The notes: generated from the sequence alone by a model not told the origin. A DNA stretch of 8,279 bases from an uncultured Eikenella sp. (GCA_963548155.1 CAUUTP010000088.1:1-8279); one strand, 5' to 3'; shown: positions 1 to 5,569, counted from the stretch's first letter. Program-made: numbers and translations.

Positions 1-31
1 GATATTTACGGACAATTTATTTTTGATTCCG

Positions 32-48
32 TGGAACTTGAAGTTCCA
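32..48. promoter_or_regulatory. 17-bp palindrome TGGAACTTGAAGTTCCA (8-bp arms, 1-nt centre), about 70 nt upstream of the rep start. Candidate operator or origin element.
   Basis: Read directly: TGGAACTT-G-AAGTTCCA, perfect arms. Function is inferred only from its position ahead of rep. Confidence 0.35.
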
Positions 49-115
49 TTCTTTCGCAACGTTTCCCAATCTGAATTTGAACAAATCCTTCCACCCTTAG
101 AAAAGGCTGCTTGAA

Positions 116-1420
116 ATGGAGCGCATCGAGAACAGACTAGATCAAGTCAGCGGCCAAGGTGAGCGGCGGCAGGCTGCGGAGCGGTTGGCGGCAGCGCGCC
201 AGCGCGACGCCGAACGCTCCGCGGCTTATGCAGCGTTCGAGCAGCGCATGAAAGAGCGTTGGGGCGTAGATATTAAAGCTGCTCGATTAGCCCCCCCCAC
301 GCTAACAGGGGGTGAGTTACAAAAACAGCGGGCAGTGAGTGAAAAATATCGCCGCATCGTAATTCGCAAAGGCAAAGCCGTTGAAGAAATCTTTAGGCGT
401 GGCATTAACGGCCATTTTGCCTTTATCGATCAATTAACGTTTGTTCTCGAAAAAGAAACCTTAAACAGATTATTTGACGCCCAAACCAACGAGCAAGAAG
501 AAATCGTAGCCCGCATGTCTCTATTCCTTCATGAAATCTTTGGTTTCGGCGTGTCCCATGATCGTGAAAAGTCAGCTAATTTTTATAGTAGCAGTTACAA
601 CATCGGCAATCATGAAATTAGTTATGGTGTTTTGTGCATTGGTGGCGGTATTAACCCGTCTAATCAATCCAGTTTATGCGTAGAACTAACGGCGACTGGT
701 CTAAATGCAGCAAAAGACGGCTGGGAACGGCGTTTGTATAACTGTACGCAAATGAAGGAAGTTCAAGGCTTTCGCTTTACTCGCGTTGATTTAGCCCATG
801 ATTTCCTAAGCGGTGAATACAGCGTTAATGATGCTTTGACCGCTTATAAAAATAGCGCTTTTACTAATTCCATTACTAAGCCGAAATTAAGACTAGAAGG
901 CGATGATTGGTACAACGAAACTAAACACGGCAGAACGCTTTATGTCGGTACTCGCCTATCTTCCCGCATGCTCCGCTTTTATGAAAAAGGCAAACAGCTA
1001 GGCGATAGCGAAAGCCCTTGGGTTCGTTGTGAACTCGAATTAAGAAGCAATGATTTAGTTATTCCGCTAGATGTTGTCATTCATCCGGGCGATTACCTAT
1101 CTGCACAATATCCCGAATTAAATCGTCTATTTGGTGAAAACGGCGTATTCGCCCAATCCCAGCCCAAGAAAATCGCCATCAAACAACGCATGGTTCAGGC
1201 AGGGATTGAGCATAGTATTAAATATTTGCGTATGCAGGGAAGCCGTGCCGTCAATATGCTGCTTGAACTCGGTAAGTCCACGGAAGAGATTATGCGCTTA
1301 TTTGATCCTGAAGCTGGCGTTCCAAAAAGCGTTCATCCCGGGCAGCACTTTGCCCAGCTTTTAAAAATTGATTGTATTTCTGAAAAGTTTCTTAACCCCG
1401 TCTGCGGATATAGCGGCTAG
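116..1420 (+). CDS. Phage replication initiation protein (Rep_trans / RstA-like rolling-circle initiator), 434 aa
   Basis: Motifs FTRVDLAHDF, TLYVGTRLSSRMLRFYEKG and WVRCELELRS match the remembered Rep_trans pattern (R-D-A-D, YxGSRxS...YxK, RxELEx). It is the first large gene of the module, and AAAAGG lies about 10 nt upstream of the ATG. The N-terminal ~60 aa are a GC-rich, Ala/Arg-rich extension, so the true start is somewhat uncertain. Confidence 0.85.
   Translation: MERIENRLDQVSGQGERRQAAERLAAARQRDAERSAAYAAFEQRMKERWGVDIKAARLAPPTLTGGELQKQRAVSEKYRRIVIRKGKAVEEIFRRGINGHFAFIDQLTFVLEKETLNRLFDAQTNEQEEIVARMSLFLHEIFGFGVSHDREKSANFYSSSYNIGNHEISYGVLCIGGGINPSNQSSLCVELTATGLNAAKDGWERRLYNCTQMKEVQGFRFTRVDLAHDFLSGEYSVNDALTAYKNSAFTNSITKPKLRLEGDDWYNETKHGRTLYVGTRLSSRMLRFYEKGKQLGDSESPWVRCELELRSNDLVIPLDVVIHPGDYLSAQYPELNRLFGENGVFAQSQPKKIAIKQRMVQAGIEHSIKYLRMQGSRAVNMLLELGKSTEEIMRLFDPEAGVPKSVHPGQHFAQLLKIDCISEKFLNPVCGYSG
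291..298 (+). repeat. Homopolymeric C8 tract inside the rep coding sequence (codons GCC CCC CCC, Ala-Pro-Pro)
   Basis: Counted directly: ...gattag cccccccc ac... Confidence 0.9.
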
Positions 1421-1467
1421 ATGCCCTATCCGGCACATCAGACGATTATTTAAAAGGAGTAGTAACC

Positions 1468-1788
1468 ATGTTTGTACAAAAAGCAACCCTCATTGGCGCA
1501 AAACAATTCAAAGGCACGATTGAAGGCCGTGAATTTGATACCTGCAAAGTCCGTGTATTGATGGACGTGCCAAGCGAAGCCGAAAACGAATGCGGCTTAA
1601 ACGTAACCGAACTTAATTACGGAAAAAGTAGCAATTATTTAGGTTTGCGTGAATATAAATTTCCTGTCGATTGTGAACTTGAATTGGAAATAGAACTTAA
1701 ATCAGGCAAGCCACAATTAAACCTGAAAAACTTGAAAGTAAAAGCTCGCCAAGATCCTAAAGATAGTATCAAATATGGGGATTTATGA
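1468..1788 (+). CDS. Small protein in the gVp position; putative ssDNA-binding protein (assigned by position only), 106 aa
   Basis: Strong SD AAGGAG (1454..1459) lies 8 nt before the ATG. The gene sits immediately downstream of rep, as gene V does in inoviruses, and its size is typical. I recognise no sequence motif. Confidence 0.6.
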   Translation: MFVQKATLIGAKQFKGTIEGREFDTCKVRVLMDVPSEAENECGLNVTELNYGKSSNYLGLREYKFPVDCELELEIELKSGKPQLNLKNLKVKARQDPKDSIKYGDL

Positions 1789-1988
1789 AAGTCGTATTCG
1801 TTATTCAGGAATTAACGGAAGGCGCGTTTATAGGGGATGATGGTTTAGGCGGTATAGAATACGTCCGCAAATTAGATGAAGCCTTTAGATTTAAAAATCT
1901 AAATATTGCTTTAGAACATGCAAGAAATATAGATAGCAGTTTAAGAACTATCGCCATTTATTCTCTATATGAGCCTGTAATTTATTAA
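1785..1988 (+). CDS. Hypothetical small phage protein, 67 aa
   Basis: The start overlaps the upstream stop (ATGA at 1785..1788), suggesting translational coupling. There is no competing frame. Confidence 0.55.
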   Translation: MKVVFVIQELTEGAFIGDDGLGGIEYVRKLDEAFRFKNLNIALEHARNIDSSLRTIAIYSLYEPVIY

Positions 1989-2016
1989 ATAACTTAAGGG
2001 GCTTTCTGTCGTTGCC

Positions 2017-2065
2017 GGGCGGCCAGCGACATTAAACCTTTGAGAAGCCGCCCACCAATTTTTTT
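2017..2065 (+). terminator. Candidate stem plus T-tract (attenuator/terminator-like)
   Basis: GGGCGGC (2017..2023) pairs with GCCGCCC (2047..2053), followed 5 nt later by T7 (2059..2065). The 23-nt loop is large and overlaps an alternative imperfect hairpin (2008..2030), so this is weak. Confidence 0.3.
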
Positions 2066-2075
2066 GGAAGCAGAA

Positions 2076-2201
2076 ATGTTAACCGGTATTGCAAACATAA
2101 TCGTTCCGCTGGTCAAACAGCAAGAATTAGTCGATATGCTGATTCAAAACATAGGGATGATATTAGCATTACTGCTTCTTTGTTTTGTTTTGAAGCATTA
2201 A
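2076..2201 (+). CDS. Possible 41-aa hydrophobic-tailed small protein (g7p/g9p-like candidate); below the ORF-track cutoff
   Basis: My translation is MLTGIANIIVPLVKQQELVDMLIQNIGMILALLLLCFVLKH. GGAAG lies 5 nt upstream of the ATG. It sits just before the coat gene, where Ff phages carry genes VII and IX. Confidence 0.35.
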   Translation: MLTGIANIIVPLVKQQELVDMLIQNIGMILALLLLCFVLKH

Positions 2202-2263
2202 CGTTATCCGGTAAGTAACTGAAAAATCTTTCACGATCCATTAATTTTTCGAGAGGAGTAAAA

Positions 2264-2413
2264 ATGCCATTTTATAGTTATGAAGAATTTGAAGAAGCCG
2301 TCGGAGAAATCGACGATGCTGAAATGGTAGATGATTTCCATACTTGGGAAGAGCTTCAGGAAGAGTATCCGGATGGCGTATTTGACGAAGATGCCGAATT
2401 TATCCCGTTCTGA
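2264..2413 (+). CDS. 49-aa hyper-acidic protein, function unknown; below the ORF-track cutoff
   Basis: My translation is MPFYSYEEFEEAVGEIDDAEMVDDFHTWEELQEEYPDGVFDEDAEFIPF. It has 19 D/E and no K/R. A strong SD GAGAGGAG (2251..2258) lies 5 nt upstream of the ATG. Confidence 0.55.
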   Translation: MPFYSYEEFEEAVGEIDDAEMVDDFHTWEELQEEYPDGVFDEDAEFIPF

Positions 2414-2497
2414 CTGTTTTTAAGAAATTAACGCTATCCGGGCGGCGTTAATCAAGTCAATGCCCGATTACAAAAACTTGTTTTAAAGGAAAACATC

Positions 2498-2707
2498 ATG
2501 TTGAAACATAAAGCAACAGCCCTGGCCGTTATGGCCTCCGCCTTCATCGCTACTAACGCTTCTGCTGGTGCGGTAGCCGATGCAGTAACCGCCGCTACTG
2601 GCGATTTCAAAGCTGACCTGGCTTCTGTTGGCGGTATTGCCGTAGGTCTCGGCCTGATCGGTATCGCCTTCATCGCCGGTATCCGTTTGATCAAACGCGC
2701 GGTGTAA
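2498..2707 (+). CDS. Major coat protein (g8p-type), 69-aa precursor
   Basis: Signal peptide MLKHKATALAVMASAFIATNASA ends in an A-S-A cleavage motif. The ~46-aa mature protein has an acidic N-terminus (GAVADAV..GDFKAD), a hydrophobic core (GGIAVGLGLIGIAFIAGI) and a basic tail (RLIKRAV). SD AAAGGA lies 7 nt upstream. Confidence 0.88.
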   Translation: MLKHKATALAVMASAFIATNASAGAVADAVTAATGDFKADLASVGGIAVGLGLIGIAFIAGIRLIKRAV

Positions 2708-2725
2708 AGAGTAAGGGCAGGCATC

Positions 2726-3031
2726 ATGGAAGGCTATTTGGCAGGAGGTCAATGCTTCGGCTCTGTGCAGGAAGCGTCCGATTACAAAATGTCCCAAGTG
2801 GTGCCCGCCATTACCGCAGATGGGAGCCTAAAAACTCCCGTCTATCAAAACGGCAAGTGGTATTACGGCTCGCAGGAAGTCAAGCTCACTTTCCCGCCGT
2901 GCGATCCGGCCGCCTACATTACAGATGGCGCCCTAGTCGCTTCAGTCGCCATATCAGTTGCCGCTTTCGCCTTCGTTGTCCGTTGGACAATCCGCGTATT
3001 CCGGCAAACCAATGAAAATCCCGAAAAATGA
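2726..3031 (+). CDS. Membrane-anchored small protein, minor virion protein candidate, 101 aa
   Basis: It has a C-terminal hydrophobic helix (ALVASVAISVAAFAFVV) followed by a basic stretch (RWTIRVFRQ), plus two Cys in the N-terminal part. AAGGG lies about 8 nt upstream, and the gene directly follows the coat gene. Confidence 0.6.
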   Translation: MEGYLAGGQCFGSVQEASDYKMSQVVPAITADGSLKTPVYQNGKWYYGSQEVKLTFPPCDPAAYITDGALVASVAISVAAFAFVVRWTIRVFRQTNENPEK

Positions 3032-3759
3032 GCGATCTGAACAAAATTCAGCCACCGAAAAAAGGCATTGAAATGGTTAAGGGCGGGGGCTATCCCGCTA
3101 AAGCTGTTTCTACCAGTGTTCAGCAACATACCGCACCCATTCAAACCGATATGTATTTGATCGGTGCCCAAGTGGTTCAATGGGCATTGATTGGGCTGGC
3201 TTTCTATGCCGCTCTTCGTTTGTTTAGAAGCGCCATTATGGATGCTCTTGGCTTTAGAAAAAGCCGCCGCGAATTTAAAGAAGCAAATGCACTCAATGAA
3301 AACGGATTGGAAAACTTGGATCAAGATCCAATGAGTGAAGAAGAACAAGAAACATATATTCCAAGTAGTGAGCCATTAGCTGAATATGAAGGTTTTGACG
3401 GAGAAGAACCGCCCGACAATATGCCGGATAGCCCTGAAGAAGATCCGGGTTTGCAATACGATTTAGAAAATGAGCGGTGGGAAATCAATGCCAGTGCCGC
3501 TTTGCAAGAAGGTCATGAATACGGTTCGGATGAGTTTTATAGCCGTATTGCGGAATTAGAGGAAGCGGATAGGTTGGCTGAAGAGTATGAACCTTCTGAA
3601 TCTGATGATGAGCCGCCGGAACACGATATGTCGCTAGATGATGAAGCTTTAGAAATAGCTGTTGCCGAATCAGATGATTGGGAGGCTGAGGCTAACTCCG
3701 GTGCGTTGGATGAGCGTGTGGTACGAATCAAACAGGAATTGCAACAGGAAAACCAATAA
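3028..3759 (+). CDS. Single-pass membrane protein with a long hyper-acidic C-terminal tail, 243 aa, function unknown
   Basis: ATGA overlap with the upstream gene (3028..3031). One TM helix (LIGAQVVQWALIGLAFYAALRLF) is followed by a basic patch (RKSRREFK). The last ~150 aa contain roughly 50 D/E by hand count. Confidence 0.7.
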   Translation: MSDLNKIQPPKKGIEMVKGGGYPAKAVSTSVQQHTAPIQTDMYLIGAQVVQWALIGLAFYAALRLFRSAIMDALGFRKSRREFKEANALNENGLENLDQDPMSEEEQETYIPSSEPLAEYEGFDGEEPPDNMPDSPEEDPGLQYDLENERWEINASAALQEGHEYGSDEFYSRIAELEEADRLAEEYEPSESDDEPPEHDMSLDDEALEIAVAESDDWEAEANSGALDERVVRIKQELQQENQ

Positions 3760-3827
3760 TGCCACCTGAAATCTACTTTCTAGCCGGTTTTGCCGTGGTT
3801 ATTCCCGCCATCATCATGTTTTTGTAA
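3759..3827 (+). CDS. Possible 22-aa hydrophobic micropeptide (MPPEIYFLAGFAVVIPAIIMFL)
   Basis: TAATG stop/start overlap with the 243-aa gene, and AGGAA about 8 nt upstream. It is entirely one hydrophobic helix but very short, so it could be chance. Confidence 0.25.
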   Translation: MPPEIYFLAGFAVVIPAIIMFL

Positions 3828-3864
3828 AACTGCGGCCAGTGTTTAAACTCAAAGGTAAACAACA

Positions 3865-4992
3865 ATGATTTCACTGATTACAGGTCTGCCCGGCATGGGC
3901 AAAACCTCCCTCATGGTCTATATGCTGCTCAATCGCAAAGATTTGCAGAATAGGCCGGTCTATGTTGACGGCATTCCGGAATTACAGGTTAAACATGAAG
4001 AAGTACCCGAAGGCGAAAGTATGGAAACATGGCACCAATGGGCGCCGGATGGTTCGATACTCGTTATTGATGAAGCACAGCGGGTCTTTCGTCCGCGCCC
4101 CGCGGGGGCGAAAGTACCCGACTATGTACAGGCTCTTGAAACGCATCGCCATAAGGGTATTGATATCTTTGTACTCACGCAGCATCCGCGGTTGATTGAC
4201 GTCCATCTAAGAAGCCTGATCGGGGAACATCGCAACATCAGCCGCACCATGCTCGGCCTGCGCCGTGTTTCCTACTGGCAGCGTTGCGCTAACCCGGAAG
4301 CCCGGGCAGATGTGGCCGAAGCCAAAAACAGCATATTCATGCCGAAAAAAAGCGTATTCGGTATGTACAAATCAGCCAGTGAACACACCAAGCTTAAAGG
4401 CTCGGTTAGCGCGTGGATCTACACCATCCCCGTTGTGATTGTCATAGTCGGCTATCTCATGTCCTACGTTTGGGCAAGCTATCAGCGCAAAATTCATCCA
4501 GAACAAGCCCAACAGCAACAAGCCCAACAATATCAACAGCAGCCGCAAAATTACCAGCAACAGCAAGGCGGCCAGTATCAGCCGGCCGGCAGCTATGCCG
4601 ATCAATCAGCGGCCAATCAGCAACCGTCTGATAACAACCTGAAGCCTGAAGATTGGCAGCCTGCCATAGATGGCCAGCCTTGGACTGCTCCCATCTATAA
4701 CAACCATAACCGCAATATCCAAACCATGCCCTACCCTGTTGCCTGTGTGCAAACCGATACAAGCTGCACTTGTTACACAGAACAGGCCACACCCTTAGAT
4801 CTGCCTGCCAAGCAATGTCAAAACTACGTTAAAAACGGCATATACAACCCCTATAAGGCACGGCAGGAAACCGCTGACAACGCACCGCAGGGCAGTTATG
4901 GCGGCGGCAGCGGGGCAAGTGTCCTGAGCTTGGATAGTCCTGCTAAGGCTACCATGGCACATGCGGAAATTAGGGGGACTATGGGGCAATAG
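3865..4992 (+). CDS. zot: Zot-family / pI-type phage assembly ATPase, 375 aa
   Basis: N-terminal Walker A GLPGMGKT and Walker B ILVIDEAQ. A central TM helix (AWIYTIPVVIVIVGYLMSYVWA) is followed by a Gln-rich linker and a Cys-containing C-terminal domain. This is the standard pI/Zot architecture. Confidence 0.9.
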   Translation: MISLITGLPGMGKTSLMVYMLLNRKDLQNRPVYVDGIPELQVKHEEVPEGESMETWHQWAPDGSILVIDEAQRVFRPRPAGAKVPDYVQALETHRHKGIDIFVLTQHPRLIDVHLRSLIGEHRNISRTMLGLRRVSYWQRCANPEARADVAEAKNSIFMPKKSVFGMYKSASEHTKLKGSVSAWIYTIPVVIVIVGYLMSYVWASYQRKIHPEQAQQQQAQQYQQQPQNYQQQQGGQYQPAGSYADQSAANQQPSDNNLKPEDWQPAIDGQPWTAPIYNNHNRNIQTMPYPVACVQTDTSCTCYTEQATPLDLPAKQCQNYVKNGIYNPYKARQETADNAPQGSYGGGSGASVLSLDSPAKATMAHAEIRGTMGQ

Positions 4993-5012
4993 GTTTTAGG
5001 AAGGATGACAAG

Positions 5013-5207
5013 ATGAAATGTGAATATCCGTTTATAAGGATTGAAATGGTTAATGGCTATTATTCGGTTATTTTGTATTTGAGTGAGGATAGGCATTCGC
5101 CTATATCAATGACTTTTTTAGATTATGAGTTATCTAGGAAACTGGCGGAATCACAAGGGGCTTTGTTGGGGGTAAGGGTTTTAGACGGTTATTACAGGGA
5201 TTTTTAA
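5013..5207 (+). CDS. Hypothetical 64-aa protein downstream of zot
   Basis: Strong SD AGGAAGGA (4998..5005) lies 7 nt upstream of the ATG. I recognise no motif. Confidence 0.55.
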   Translation: MKCEYPFIRIEMVNGYYSVILYLSEDRHSPISMTFLDYELSRKLAESQGALLGVRVLDGYYRDF

Positions 5208-5238
5208 TGGTTTCCTTTGTGTGTTTGGATTAGATGCC

Positions 5239-5350
5239 TGGCGGAATTGACTGCTTGCAGTCGATTTCGGCAGGTATCCGCCAAGCGATAGCGCGGCAGG
5301 GGTGCTGCAAATGGCATGAGGCTACCTGAAAAGGTAGCCAAACCTGCCCG
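5239..5350 (+). other. Cluster of nested stem-loops in the largest intergenic region (candidate packaging signal, origin or terminator region)
   Basis: Hairpin 1: outer stem 5239..5245 with 5277..5283 (TGGCGGA/TCCGCCA), and inner stem 5245..5254 with 5257..5266 (one G:T). Hairpin 2: GGCAGG 5295..5300 with CCTGCC 5343..5348, enclosing a perfect GGCTACC-TGAAAA-GGTAGCC hairpin (5320..5339). Confidence 0.45.
5319..5330 (+). repeat. DNA uptake sequence, 12-mer AGGCTACCTGAA (recalled as the Eikenella AG-eikDUS dialect), copy 1
   Basis: Exact 12-mer. It forms the 5' arm of the 5320..5339 hairpin, as DUS often do in Neisseriaceae intergenic regions. Confidence 0.7.
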
Positions 5351-5402
5351 GATTGGTTAAGCTGGCCTTTCGTTTAATTTTGTAATGAAAGGTTGCAGTA
5401 AA

Positions 5403-5558
5403 ATGATTTGGGCTTTATTGATTTTATTAGCTCTTTCTTATATTGCCAGCGGTAAGAAGATGACAAGTGGTTTTGGTGACAAGCTCGCTTGGGTCTTGTT
5501 AGTTCTGTTCTTGGCGGCTTTGGCCTATGGTTTTTATATGGCTAATTATGCGGAATAA
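5403..5558 (+). CDS. Possible 51-aa two-helix membrane protein; below the ORF-track cutoff
   Basis: My translation is MIWALLILLALSYIASGKKMTSGFGDKLAWVLLVLFLAALAYGFYMANYAE. Two hydrophobic helices flank a short basic loop. The SD is weak (AAAGG about 11 nt upstream). The ORF ends 11 nt before the next gene. Confidence 0.4.
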   Translation: MIWALLILLALSYIASGKKMTSGFGDKLAWVLLVLFLAALAYGFYMANYAE

Positions 5559-5569
5559 GGGGGCTTGAA

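Noticed and set aside
1-114. Frame 1 is open from the window edge to TGA 112..114 (DIYGQFIFDSVELEVPFFRNVSQSEFEQILPPLEKAA), a possible 3' end of an upstream gene.
   Set aside because: Only 37 codons are visible, there is no recognisable motif, and the frame contains the 17-bp palindrome. That is too little evidence to call a CDS.
1131-1364. Alternative-frame + strand ORFs inside larger genes (1131..1364, 2752..3015, 3962..4195, 4413..4631).
   Set aside because: They are embedded in the well-supported rep, 101-aa and zot frames. Their translations are low-complexity or Arg/Ser-rich, as is typical of off-frame reads.
2914-3348. 144-aa minus-strand ORF, plus the other minus-strand ORFs at 2452..2727, 2483..2797, 3537..3731, 3982..4206, 4372..4605, 4457..4792, 4795..4989, 4896..5096, 5546..5764, 6220..6411, 7236..7454 and 7941..8132.
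   Set aside because: All lie antisense to + strand genes that have SD sites, coupled junctions and recognisable protein architecture. They have no SD or motif support and look like shadow ORFs.
3801-3806. Searched for Neisseria dRS3-type attachment repeats (ATTCCC-N8-GGGAAT). ATTCCC occurs at 3801..3806.
   Set aside because: There is no GGGAAT partner at the required spacing and the site lies inside a coding region. No att-like repeat is identifiable in the window.
4345-4351. A7 run in zot (CCG AAA AAA AGC) as a programmed frameshift site, and internal Met codons before the TM helix as a pXI-like restart.
   Set aside because: The heptamer is not in the X XXY YYZ register, there is no downstream structure, and no SD precedes the internal ATGs.
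3865-4992. Calling the Zot-family protein an enterotoxin or virulence factor.
   Set aside because: The sequence supports only the pI-type assembly ATPase architecture. Toxin activity of V. cholerae Zot resides in a C-terminal fragment for which I see no evidence of conservation here.
5234-5329. 31-codon ORF (MPGGIDCLQS...) inside the structured intergenic region.
   Set aside because: It has no SD, and the sequence is better explained by the nested hairpins and the DUS. The stop is part of the DUS itself.
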